Both the position numbers and the translations under genes were made by a program. From IMG/VR virus record IMGVR_UViG_3300033076_000846, positions 1 through 43,246 of that record: a stretch of DNA of 43,246 bases; one strand, written 5' to 3'. Shown piece after piece: positions 1-8,313 of the stretch. The notes under the pieces were generated by a model. That model searched no databases, was not told the origin of the DNA, and saw nothing but the letters and a program-made list of their open reading frames with translations. Numbering within the stretch: position 1 is the first letter of the stretch; every line of letters starts with the position of its first letter. The DNA is from a virus (taxonomy: Duplodnaviria > Caudoviricetes).

Positions 1-183
1 GGGGAAGCGAGGCGCGGACATCTTTCGAGCGAGTCAAAACCAAGTCCGCTTTCCGTTCGTTGGGAGCGGGTTGTGCGACTAAGTTAGGCGAGCCTAAATC
101 AGAGGGGAAAAGATTGGCCTAAGAATAATTTTTGAACGTTGCGCAAAACGTGCGGCGTTTCTTGAAACGAAAAAAAACAAAAC

Positions 184-387
184 ATGAGCATCGTAGAAAA
201 AAGAATGGCAATGATCTTCAACGAATGGGCTGCGCGATATGCCGCAGACCCTTCTTCGTTTAGTGACATACTCGACAGCAACGGAAACCCCATTGATGAC
301 TATGGGCGTCAATGCGCAATTTATTTCGACAAGATTGCGCGAGAGTTAGACGCGGCTGGCAAGTTGCCCAGCCCTAACGTAATTTAA
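184..387 (+). CDS. Hypothetical phage protein
   Basis: ATG after an A-rich leader; part of a run of tightly packed small + strand genes. Confidence 0.6.
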   Translation: MSIVEKRMAMIFNEWAARYAADPSSFSDILDSNGNPIDDYGRQCAIYFDKIARELDAAGKLPSPNVI

Positions 388-413
388 GGAAACGAAAAAT
401 AAAAACAAAACAT

Positions 414-614
414 ATGTTCGGAAAATTACTATCGTCCGCAATCAAGGTAGCCACGCTACCAATTGACGCAGCCAACGCAGCGACTGACATCGTTACGGGA
501 GGCAGCGGAAGCAAGTGGTCCCGCAACCATAACCCGGACTTCCCTAATCCGTTTGCAGCAGCCGAACAGTTGCGCGACCGAGTAGCAGAGTCGGCCGAGG
601 ACATTGACGACTAA
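414..614 (+). CDS. Hypothetical phage protein
   Basis: A-rich leader, co-oriented small ORF. Confidence 0.65.
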   Translation: MFGKLLSSAIKVATLPIDAANAATDIVTGGSGSKWSRNHNPDFPNPFAAAEQLRDRVAESAEDIDD

Positions 615-632
615 TTTTGGAAACTAAAAAAC

Positions 633-821
633 ATGAAACCAAAGAACAAAAGCTGGGGCGGCTTTGAGAAGTTCAAGCCAGTCGATTCACTCGCTGAATT
701 ACTGCTGTTGACGAAAGCCCAACAGAAGCTCGCAAGTGGCGCGAAGCTGAACCAGCGCGAGGTCTGCGCATTGGCGCGGGAAGCGTCGAGGTGCAACGAC
801 GTGATAAAATCAAAGCCATGA
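633..821 (+). CDS. Hypothetical basic protein
   Basis: A-rich leader; ATGA overlap with the next gene at 818. Confidence 0.55.
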   Translation: MKPKNKSWGGFEKFKPVDSLAELLLLTKAQQKLASGAKLNQREVCALAREASRCNDVIKSKP

Positions 822-1201
822 ACCACAGCGAAACAGCGCACAGCCTAGTGTGCGGAGATCGAAACGCGGCCTACGGAAGTCCCGACGCGGACTTTCGGCG
901 CATCGCGGCGGTATGGACAGGAATCATTGGCGAGAAGCTTGCGGCGCCGATTTCGTCCGTTGACGTGGCGTTGATGATGACGGGCCTGAAGTTGGTGCGG
1001 CACGCGCACAAAGCGAAGGATGACAACCTGATTGACGCTCACGGCTACCTGATTTGCGCGGAGTGGATAGAGACGGGCGTGCGGCCTGTTTCCGAGGCGC
1101 AAGCGGCAAAGGCAATGGTTGAGACGGTATGCACGGGCGAACGTCTGCAATGCGAAGCGTGCGGTCAGTCGATGCCGTGCATGTGCGAGCACAAGCCATG
1201 A
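818..1201 (+). CDS. DUF6378-like all-alpha protein (MazG-like nucleotide-handling candidate) with Cys-rich tail
   Basis: DRNAAYGSP..F.RIA..W, DVALMM..LKLVR and DNLIDAHGY motifs; C-terminal CEACGQSMPCMC. Confidence 0.7.
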   Translation: MNHSETAHSLVCGDRNAAYGSPDADFRRIAAVWTGIIGEKLAAPISSVDVALMMTGLKLVRHAHKAKDDNLIDAHGYLICAEWIETGVRPVSEAQAAKAMVETVCTGERLQCEACGQSMPCMCEHKP

Positions 1202-1410
1202 GCGCGGAAACCGACGGAGAAAAGCTGCGCGAGCTGCGGCGTGTGGTGCACCTGGTCAAAGTGTGCGCGGACCACGAAGAAGAAGGCGCGATGCCGCTTG
1301 CGGAGTGGAATCTGCGCGAGCTAGTCGGCCCGCACTACGCAGCTTTGTTCGTGCGCAAGTGCGTGGAACTGCGCGACATTGAGCGAACGCTTGAGGTTTA
1401 TTTGAAATAA
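1198..1410 (+). CDS. Hypothetical protein
   Basis: ATGA-coupled to the upstream gene. Confidence 0.55.
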   Translation: MSAETDGEKLRELRRVVHLVKVCADHEEEGAMPLAEWNLRELVGPHYAALFVRKCVELRDIERTLEVYLK

Positions 1411-1733
1411 GCTTGGCAAGTGAAGCGGCTTCGCTAGTGTTGGCGCATGGAAAACATGAAATCCACCGCAAGCAAAGCACAGAAAAAGACCGTTAAAATC
1501 CTTGGATTTACCGTCCAAGTTGGCAGCAAAAAACACGCGATTCTCGCGGAGCAAGTGAAGCAATTCAACGACCTTGCCAAACATGAAACCAACTAACACC
1601 ACAGACCCAACCCCAACCGAGATTCAGGCCGCGATCATTGCCGACCTAGAGGCGCGGCTGACGCTGGCCGATGAGCGGCATTTCTACCTTATGGCGGAAA
1701 TGCTCGGCTGCGGGCGCAAGTGGAGGTAACGCG

Positions 1734-2084
1734 ATGAAAACCAAAACACCCAAAGCCCGCGTGATGTGGGCGAATTACTATCCCGAAATAGTTTGCTGCT
1801 CCACAAGCCGCAAAAGTTGCAGAGTGCGGGCGGACACCCGTTTCACAAATCAAGTGGTTCGCGTCGCCGTCATCCCGCTGGACGACATTGAGTCGCTTGT
1901 CGAGCGGGTTGCACTTGCGCTTATCAACTCAGCGCGAGGCAAGGACGGCATGGCTAAGGTTGGTCAGTTCTACAAGTTCCCGAAAGACTCGCAGGACTTT
2001 TATCTAAACGACGCCCGCGCCGCCCTAACCGCAGCCGGAATCCCGTGCGCGAAGCCTACCAAGCAACGGAGGGCGAAACAATGA
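1734..2084 (+). CDS. Hypothetical protein, allele A (MKTKTPK...)
   Basis: N- and C-termini shared with 41875-42171; the middle segment differs but stays in frame. Confidence 0.7.
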   Translation: MKTKTPKARVMWANYYPEIVCCSTSRKSCRVRADTRFTNQVVRVAVIPLDDIESLVERVALALINSARGKDGMAKVGQFYKFPKDSQDFYLNDARAALTAAGIPCAKPTKQRRAKQ

Positions 2085-2257
2085 GCACCGACGACCCATT
2101 AACCAAAATCTGGATTCAGGTCATTGCGCATCTTGAAGTGATAATGCGCCAAGACCCAATCAACCGAAAAGCCAGCCTAGTTCAGCACATGATCCAAAAC
2201 GCAGGGCCATGCCCCGACCATCTAGGCGACAGACTCAGGGAGGCACTAAAACGATGA
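2081..2257 (+). CDS. Hypothetical protein
   Basis: ATGA overlaps at both ends; duplicated at 42168-42344. Confidence 0.6.
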   Translation: MSTDDPLTKIWIQVIAHLEVIMRQDPINRKASLVQHMIQNAGPCPDHLGDRLREALKR

Positions 2258-2655
2258 GCACCACCCCAACCGAGGCGCAAATTAAGCTGGCCTACGAAAT
2301 CATCTTCGCCAGCGAGGACGGTTCAGCGTCACCTATGGAAGCCGCTCGCCTTATCCGCGACAGCGAGGCGCGGGCGGTGGAGGCGGAAACCGCATTGCTG
2401 CGGAAACTCTACGCATCCGAGAAACTAGCCAAGGTTGAGCGCGGGGATATGTTTTGCGAGTGCCAAGACGCCCTCACCGCCGAGCGCGAGCGGGTGCGCG
2501 TGCTAGAGGAGGCGTTGAAAGAGCTTTTTGACGCCATGATTCGCTACGAGGGAGACGTGGATGGGGACGCGCCGCCCGAGCATCATCGCATGATGAGGCG
2601 CGTTCGTTCCGCCCTCGCCGCCACCGCCGAGCACGCGAAGGAGGGGAGCGTATGA
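2254..2655 (+). CDS. Hypothetical coiled-coil protein
   Basis: ATGA coupling; duplicated at 42341-42742. Confidence 0.65.
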   Translation: MSTTPTEAQIKLAYEIIFASEDGSASPMEAARLIRDSEARAVEAETALLRKLYASEKLAKVERGDMFCECQDALTAERERVRVLEEALKELFDAMIRYEGDVDGDAPPEHHRMMRRVRSALAATAEHAKEGSV

Positions 2656-2822
2656 GCCTGCTGCGAAAAATCATGTGCCGAATCGGTCTGTGCGCCGGTC
2701 GAATCCAGCACGAGAGAGACGCGAACGGAATTTGGTGGCTCGGCCTTCGATGCCGCCACTGTGGAAAACTAAAAGACCCAATCAAAAGCATGTATCAGGA
2801 ATCGAAACGCTCACGACCATGA
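2652..2822 (+). CDS. Small Cys-containing protein (56 aa, not in ORF track)
   Basis: MSLLRKIMCRIGLC...RCRHCGK; ATGA overlaps at both ends. Confidence 0.6.
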   Translation: MSLLRKIMCRIGLCAGRIQHERDANGIWWLGLRCRHCGKLKDPIKSMYQESKRSRP

Positions 2823-3469
2823 ACCCACCCACCAAGCCCAGCGCCACGCCGAGGACGGATGCCGTTGCCATCCAATACGGAAACAATATCAGGGTTATTA
2901 TACTACCGCAAACCGCTTCGGACGCTTTGCTTACCAGCGACGAGGAGGCAATGCTTTCGATGCACTCCGAACTCGCCGCTGCGAAAGCGGAGTGCGAGAG
3001 GTTGAAGGCACTATCTGACAACGCGGCATCGGCAATGCAGTGGGCAAAGGATGAGTTTGCCGCCATGAAAGTTCGCGCCGAACGCGCCGAGTCTGTACTC
3101 ACCCTCTATCGCTCCAAGTTGTACCGGGTGAAATCAATCCTTTCGTCCATTGATGACGACGGAACGGAGCAGCACCAATCTGCTACCGCCGAACGCGCCG
3201 AGGCCGAAGTCTTAGCCCAAGCAGAGCTGCTCGGACGCAGCGCAGAACGTGAAGCCGATTTGCTGGGCAAACTGTCTCGCGCCGAGGCCGCGCTTGCCGC
3301 CGCTCGCAAGGATTCGCAGCGGTTCAACCTCTTAGCGACACTGCTTGAGGACGTGAATATAGGCGACATAGACCCAACGAAACACCGCACGGAAGACAAC
3401 GAATGGCCTGACGCTTGGCGCGCCGCCATCGACGCCGCCATGACCAACTCTAACCACAAAACCACATGA
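2819..3469 (+). CDS. Coiled-coil phage protein
   Basis: TPRTDA start motif, repeated RAERAE, terminal RAAIDAAM typical of small phage early genes. Confidence 0.7.
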   Translation: MNPPTKPSATPRTDAVAIQYGNNIRVIILPQTASDALLTSDEEAMLSMHSELAAAKAECERLKALSDNAASAMQWAKDEFAAMKVRAERAESVLTLYRSKLYRVKSILSSIDDDGTEQHQSATAERAEAEVLAQAELLGRSAEREADLLGKLSRAEAALAAARKDSQRFNLLATLLEDVNIGDIDPTKHRTEDNEWPDAWRAAIDAAMTNSNHKTT

Positions 3470-3876
3470 CCCCCCAAGAATCCTTCAAATCCTGGCTGCC
3501 TACGTGCCTAACGCCTTCCCACGAGGAAGCCTTTATCGCCGGTTGGGAAGCCTGTTGCAACCTGTATGATGCCCGGGTGCCAAAGCCCTCCAACTCCATT
3601 GCCGACTCCATCTATGCTGCCTATCCCCGCAAGGTAGGCCGTTCCGACGCGATTAAGGCCATTAACAACGCATTGAAGGTAACGACCCCCAAGGCGCTCC
3701 TTTTGGCCGTAAATGCGTATTCAGATGCTACGACGCGCTGGCCCGCTTCGGACAGGCAGTTCATTCCCCACCCGGCAACTTGGTTTAACCGTGGCAGCTA
3801 TATGGACGATCCCCGGGAGTGGAAGCGTAATGCAACCGGGACGGTAGCGGTTAAACGGGTGTTTACGGCGAACTAA
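3466..3876 (+). CDS. Replication-initiator C-terminal-domain-like protein or helicase loader
   Basis: AYPRKVG..A.KA and FIPHPATWFN motifs; coupled to the helicase gene. Confidence 0.6.
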   Translation: MTPQESFKSWLPTCLTPSHEEAFIAGWEACCNLYDARVPKPSNSIADSIYAAYPRKVGRSDAIKAINNALKVTTPKALLLAVNAYSDATTRWPASDRQFIPHPATWFNRGSYMDDPREWKRNATGTVAVKRVFTAN

Positions 3877-5153
3877 TGACACCCCACCACACATTGATTG
3901 GTTGCTGCTTCGTTGACCCGGCCTCCGTGGACAAGGCCGTTGCATCCGGTGCCACCAAAGAGCACTTCCCGGGGCCATTGGCCTACCTGTGGGGTGCAGT
4001 CGTGGAACTCAGATCCTCGGGAAAGCCCGTGGAAGCCGGTTCGCTGGCCCTCCACTTGGGCAAAGCCTGCCCCTTTGAGGCCATCTTTGAATGCGAGAAG
4101 GCGGCACCGACCGCGCTCAACTTTCCGGTTGCCTTGGAGCAAGTGCTGTGGGCGAAAGCATCGTCCAGTATGTCTGCCGCTGCTGGCCAGTTGAAACAGC
4201 AGTTGGATGCCGGGGTGGGGCGGTCGGAGGTTGCCACGCTGGTAGAGGCCATTTCTAACGGGATTGCGGACAACCAGCAGGCGGGGGCGAGGCCTATCAA
4301 GGACATTGTGGCAGAGGCGACGGAATGGGCCGACCGGATGGACCGGGGAGACAAGCCCGAGGTCGGGGCTACGCTTGGCTTCCTTGACCGCTTCTTGCAG
4401 CCTATTGGCCGGCATGAGCTGGTGGTGGTCGGTGCCCGACCCTCACAAGGGAAGACGTCGCTTTCCTCGCAGATTGTGGGGGAGAACTTGGGGATCGGTA
4501 AGCGGGTAGCGTATTTCTCGCTGGAAACAAGCGACGTATCCGTTGTGAAGCAGATTGCCGCCCAACGCGCCCGCCTAAACCTCCGTGACTACGCCCGGGA
4601 GTTCGGGGAAGCCAAGGCCAAGTTCCGTTCCTGCCTCAAGAAGTTGGAAACCGGGAATATCTTCAAGCTGTTCGACCGGACAATGCGCCTAGATGCCATT
4701 GAGGCCCAATGCCGCTTGCTCAAAGCCTCGTGGGCACCGGACTTGGTTGTGATTGACTACTTGCAGATAATTCAAAGCGGAATTGAAGGACGGCCCTACG
4801 ATCAAATCACCCACATTGCGAACAAGCTGGTGGAACTGCGGAAGATGCTGGATTGCCCGGTAATCGTCTGTGCGCAGTTGAACCGGGTAAGCGTGAATGA
4901 GAACCGGGCTCCCCGGGATGCCGATTTGCGCGACTCCGGAGCCATCGAGGCCGCCGCCCACCGGATCATTCTACTCTACAAACCCACCGATGACTTCGCC
5001 GGCTCCCCCCAAATGGGCGAGGACGTGGAGTTCCGGGCCAATTTCGACTACTACATTATGCAGGTGAAACTGCGGGATGGGCCAACGCTTTCCGTCAAGG
5101 CCCGGTATAATGCGCCGACGACACTGTTTTCAGAGTTGCAACACGTAGGATAA
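3876..5153 (+). CDS. dnaB: DnaB-like replicative helicase
   Basis: Walker A GARPSQGKTS, FSLE, VIDYLQ, AQLNR, DLRDSGAIE. Confidence 0.93.
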   Translation: MTPHHTLIGCCFVDPASVDKAVASGATKEHFPGPLAYLWGAVVELRSSGKPVEAGSLALHLGKACPFEAIFECEKAAPTALNFPVALEQVLWAKASSSMSAAAGQLKQQLDAGVGRSEVATLVEAISNGIADNQQAGARPIKDIVAEATEWADRMDRGDKPEVGATLGFLDRFLQPIGRHELVVVGARPSQGKTSLSSQIVGENLGIGKRVAYFSLETSDVSVVKQIAAQRARLNLRDYAREFGEAKAKFRSCLKKLETGNIFKLFDRTMRLDAIEAQCRLLKASWAPDLVVIDYLQIIQSGIEGRPYDQITHIANKLVELRKMLDCPVIVCAQLNRVSVNENRAPRDADLRDSGAIEAAAHRIILLYKPTDDFAGSPQMGEDVEFRANFDYYIMQVKLRDGPTLSVKARYNAPTTLFSELQHVG

Positions 5154-5172
5154 CTTAACAACACAAGACCAC

Positions 5173-6246
5173 ATGACATGGATACTGCCAAAGAATTTAC
5201 ACACGTCAGCCTTTGTGCCGGATACGGCGGGATTGACCTCGGACTTAAACGAGTTGTCCCAAATCTGCGGACAATCGCTTTTAGTGAGATCGAAGCCTAT
5301 GCCTGCGCGAACTTGGTTGCGAAAATGGAAGCGGGACACCTGGACGCGGCACCTATCTGGACGGATCTTAAAACCTTCCCATGGGGAGCATTTTACGGCT
5401 GCGTGGACATCCTCTCTGGCGGTTATCCCTGCCAGCCTTTCAGCAGCGCCGGGAAGCGACTTGGCAAGGACGACCCCCGCCACCTCTGGCCCTACATCGC
5501 AGACGGAATTAGGGCTATGCGCCCCCGGCAATGCTTCTTTGAGAACGTTGATGGACACATCAGCCTTGGACTCCGAGAAGTCGTTAGCGAACTGGAAAGC
5601 ATTGGTTACAAAACGACGTGGGGAGTATTTAGCGCGAGTGAAGTTGGTGCGCCCCACCAAAGAAAGCGGGTGTTCATCTTGGCCGACAATCAGCGTGAAC
5701 GAGTCCAAGAACTCGGCGGGCGGATCACAGGCACAGCGGAATACCCCCCCCCCCTGGGCACAGCCGTATTACTGGCCCAGCCCGGTTGCCAGCGAAGCAC
5801 GACAGGGATTTCAAGACAGGAGCCGTGGCATGAAGGGCACACAGGAATCTCTAACGACGGTTGCCGTGAAATGTGGCCGTCCCGCCCCAACGAACCCCAG
5901 CACGGATGGGAGCCGCCAAGGGTTGTGCCAAGAATCATGGATGACGCCGGAAGCCAAGAACAGCACGGGCTACCAGAATCAGGCGAATGGGACGCGGGTG
6001 CTGCGATTGGGGAGCCAAGTAACAGCATGGCGCACACCCTCCGACCCATCGAAACGCGGCGGGAGCCAACCGGAGGAGAAGCGAGCAGCCCGGGGCCACA
6101 CGATCAACTTGGAGGACCAGCTACACGCTCAGGGCAAACTCAACCCCGATTGGGTGGAGTGTCTTATGGGCGTCCCTTCCGGGTGGACCGCCTTAGACTC
6201 CTCGGCAACGGAGTCGTCCCCGCAACCGCAGCCAAAGCCTATCTAA
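5173..6246 (+). CDS. Overlapping-frame methyltransferase partner (beta-like) polypeptide; true start uncertain
   Basis: 357-codon open frame; four W-x-[TS] repeats; motif IX-like KLNPDWVECLMGVPSGWT, which the catalytic frame lacks. Confidence 0.75.
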   Translation: MTWILPKNLHTSAFVPDTAGLTSDLNELSQICGQSLLVRSKPMPARTWLRKWKRDTWTRHLSGRILKPSHGEHFTAAWTSSLAVIPASLSAAPGSDLARTTPATSGPTSQTELGLCAPGNASLRTLMDTSALDSEKSLANWKALVTKRRGEYLARVKLVRPTKESGCSSWPTISVNESKNSAGGSQAQRNTPPPWAQPYYWPSPVASEARQGFQDRSRGMKGTQESLTTVAVKCGRPAPTNPSTDGSRQGLCQESWMTPEAKNSTGYQNQANGTRVLRLGSQVTAWRTPSDPSKRGGSQPEEKRAARGHTINLEDQLHAQGKLNPDWVECLMGVPSGWTALDSSATESSPQPQPKPI

Positions 6247-6278
6247 CCCTTTTGTCACAGTTGCAACCTATAACATAA
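5178..6278 (+). CDS. C5 cytosine DNA methyltransferase, catalytic (alpha-like) polypeptide
   Basis: Motif I SLCAGYGG, IV GYPCQPFS, VI ENV, VIII HQRKRVF, X RLRLLGNGVVP. Confidence 0.92.
   Translation: MDTAKEFTHVSLCAGYGGIDLGLKRVVPNLRTIAFSEIEAYACANLVAKMEAGHLDAAPIWTDLKTFPWGAFYGCVDILSGGYPCQPFSSAGKRLGKDDPRHLWPYIADGIRAMRPRQCFFENVDGHISLGLREVVSELESIGYKTTWGVFSASEVGAPHQRKRVFILADNQRERVQELGGRITGTAEYPPPLGTAVLLAQPGCQRSTTGISRQEPWHEGHTGISNDGCREMWPSRPNEPQHGWEPPRVVPRIMDDAGSQEQHGLPESGEWDAGAAIGEPSNSMAHTLRPIETRREPTGGEASSPGPHDQLGGPATRSGQTQPRLGGVSYGRPFRVDRLRLLGNGVVPATAAKAYLTLLSQLQPIT
5744..5754 (+). repeat. C11 homopolymer inside both methyltransferase frames
   Basis: ata-CCCCCCCCCCC-tggg counted directly. Confidence 0.9.
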
Positions 6279-6287
6279 CCTAACCAC

Positions 6288-6626
6288 ATGGCCGTAAAAG
6301 AACACATCACATGCTACCGGGAACTCACCCCTTCCGAATGGCGCAACCGCATCGACCTTGCCCACAAGGACAACACCCAAGCTGCCGCTTGGTGCGCAAG
6401 CATCCTCTGGTGGGATTTCTCGGACAGCCGGGATTCGCAGGACACCCCGGGAGTAGGGGAAGCCTTCGACGACCTCTGCTGGAAATACAGCAACGACGAG
6501 GCTAAAGACCTGCTGGGTGAGGACTCCATCCGGTATCTGGAGGCCATTGGGTATGCACAGGCACGGGCACGGTGCAGTATCAAGCAAGATGAGTGGAAGA
6601 CGCCGGTGCGGAGGGCTGCGCATTGA
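6288..6626 (+). CDS. Hypothetical protein
   Basis: ORF with A/C-rich leader, in operon. Confidence 0.7.
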   Translation: MAVKEHITCYRELTPSEWRNRIDLAHKDNTQAAAWCASILWWDFSDSRDSQDTPGVGEAFDDLCWKYSNDEAKDLLGEDSIRYLEAIGYAQARARCSIKQDEWKTPVRRAAH

Positions 6627-6841
6627 GCACGAACAATGACGGCAGGCCGGCGTTTCCATACGGCCAAAAGAACATCACTGAACGATCCAGCGAAGGCATG
6701 ACCCTGCGCGACTACTTCGCTGGGCAGGCGCTGGCTGGCATCTTATCCGCAGCCAACTTTGGAAACGCCAAAGACTGGATAGGCCAAAGAGCATACGAAT
6801 ACGCCGACGCTATGCTCGCCGCAAGGGAGGCGAAAAAATGA
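6623..6841 (+). CDS. Conserved small phage protein
   Basis: GMTLRDYFAGQALAG...AYEYADAMLAARE motif, common in phages; TTG start overlapping the upstream stop. Confidence 0.8.
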   Translation: MSTNNDGRPAFPYGQKNITERSSEGMTLRDYFAGQALAGILSAANFGNAKDWIGQRAYEYADAMLAAREAKK

Positions 6842-7362
6842 GCGACCTTAACTACCTCTCCCTTGCCGACGTGTCCCGCAAAGCAATCGAGGATACCACG
6901 CTGGCACCCCCGGACGACACCTACGCCGACACTCTCAAGCTGTCCCACGCCGATTTCATCGAGGTTGTCCGCTGCGTCATCTACGGTGGCTACGAGGACT
7001 GCATCGACATTAACCGGGACTGCGTGGACGTGCTGGTAAAGGACTGCAAGCTGATCCCCGGTGGCAAATACGTTGTCACGATCAAGGGTGGATCATGTAT
7101 GATTCACCTCCAAAACATTGTCATAGATGGGCATGGAGCGGAAACCGACATAGACATTGGCAATTGGTCGGATCAATCGGGGTTCCTGACTACCGGGGTT
7201 GTCCTGGAGAATGTGACCATGGCAGACGGCAGCCCGGTCCGGTGCCGGGTGTTGTGGGGTGAGAAGCCTACGGTCATCGGCGGGAACGTGAAGGTAACGG
7301 TGGTGCCCCGGGTGCTGGTATGGGCTTGGCGGGTGCTGCGGAAGCTGGGGGTGGTCAAATGA
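6838..7362 (+). CDS. Small right-handed beta-helix (pectin-lyase fold) protein
   Basis: EDCIDIN, VLVKDCKL, TIKGGS..IHLQNIVI and VVLENVTM rung patterns. Confidence 0.6.
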   Translation: MSDLNYLSLADVSRKAIEDTTLAPPDDTYADTLKLSHADFIEVVRCVIYGGYEDCIDINRDCVDVLVKDCKLIPGGKYVVTIKGGSCMIHLQNIVIDGHGAETDIDIGNWSDQSGFLTTGVVLENVTMADGSPVRCRVLWGEKPTVIGGNVKVTVVPRVLVWAWRVLRKLGVVK

Positions 7363-7781
7363 AGACCAAAGTCTGCCCCGAATGCGGGCATTGGAACGGG
7401 GAGCATCATCAGAATTGCCCGGAGAAACCGGAGGAACGAGAGGTGGAGAACTCAACTTTAACCAAAATGAACACATACAAACAGATTCCCGCTGAAATGC
7501 GTAAGCATGGATGCAACATGAAGCTAGTCAGCCGCGTTGGAGACGTGGCTATTTACCGGAAATCAGCCGGTTTTGAGGTGCTGGTTGTCCGCCGACACGA
7601 TGGACGGACTATCCCGGCTACCGCAGACAACCCGGAACGCATCATTGAACCGGCTGAATACCTGCCCAGCGATGAAGAGTTTGGGCGCTTTGGCTGGTAT
7701 TACATCGGGCCCGATGCCTTGGAGTTGGCCGAAGCCAAGCAGGCAGAGGTTAATTCCCGGCCCAAAGCAAAGGCTGCATGA
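7359..7781 (+). CDS. Hypothetical protein (alternative start 7467)
   Basis: N-terminal CPECG...HHQNC; C-terminal EYLPSDEEFGRFGW. Confidence 0.6.
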   Translation: MKTKVCPECGHWNGEHHQNCPEKPEEREVENSTLTKMNTYKQIPAEMRKHGCNMKLVSRVGDVAIYRKSAGFEVLVVRRHDGRTIPATADNPERIIEPAEYLPSDEEFGRFGWYYIGPDALELAEAKQAEVNSRPKAKAA

Positions 7782-7984
7782 CCGACTTATTCGGAAATCC
7801 CGTTCTGGAACCAGCCAAACCGGCCAAGACCCCGGTTCAGGCTGGCTCAACGGCGCGTTTGGGTGGCGAAAATAAGGCGATTTGCCACCAACCCCCACCC
7901 AACACCCCCATTCGGCCCATTGCCTCCGTTATACGCGAAGGAAAGCCCTGGGAGACTCAGACCACTACGATTTGGAACCAATGA
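7778..7984 (+). CDS. Hypothetical protein
   Basis: ATGA coupling on both sides. Confidence 0.5.
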   Translation: MTDLFGNPVLEPAKPAKTPVQAGSTARLGGENKAICHQPPPNTPIRPIASVIREGKPWETQTTTIWNQ

Positions 7985-8313
7985 AATTCTACGATAAACA
8001 CTACAACCCGTTTTCAACTACAATTGAAACCGAACCCCGGCCATTCATGCAGGTTGCCGAGGCCCAATGCTACCATTGCGGCAAGATCACCCGGTTTCCC
8101 GTTAAACCCGAGTTCATCGACTGGCAGCGGATTGCTGAGAGCTACGAGCTACGGCTAAAGGAACTCATGGCCGATTGGGACCAGATGAACCGGGACGTAG
8201 AGGTGCTTCACGGGGAAAACCCGGCTGCCCAATACATACGCAACCGCATAATGGCCGCCATTCAGGACGTTATGGACCGTATGAACGACGACAAACGGGA
8301 GTCAGGAACATGA
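7981..8313 (+). CDS. Hypothetical protein with CxxC and coiled coil
   Basis: CYHCG; ATGA coupling. Confidence 0.6.
   Translation: MKFYDKHYNPFSTTIETEPRPFMQVAEAQCYHCGKITRFPVKPEFIDWQRIAESYELRLKELMADWDQMNRDVEVLHGENPAAQYIRNRIMAAIQDVMDRMNDDKRESGT

Larger units (their letters stand above)
1598..3159 (+). repeat. Long direct repeat, copy 1
   Basis: 1598-1886 matches 41738-42027 with SNPs and a 1-nt indel. 1887-2027 is replaced by 42028-42114. 2028-3159 appears identical to 42115-43246. Confidence 0.95.

Noticed and set aside
1583-1729. Pseudogene from a 1-nt deletion relative to 41726-41878
   Set aside because: The indel lies in a short A run in a probably low-coverage branch and may be an error.
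1598-2027. Diversity-generating retroelement TR/VR pair (with 41738-42114)
   Set aside because: Differences are not adenine-specific, include indels, and no reverse transcriptase was seen.
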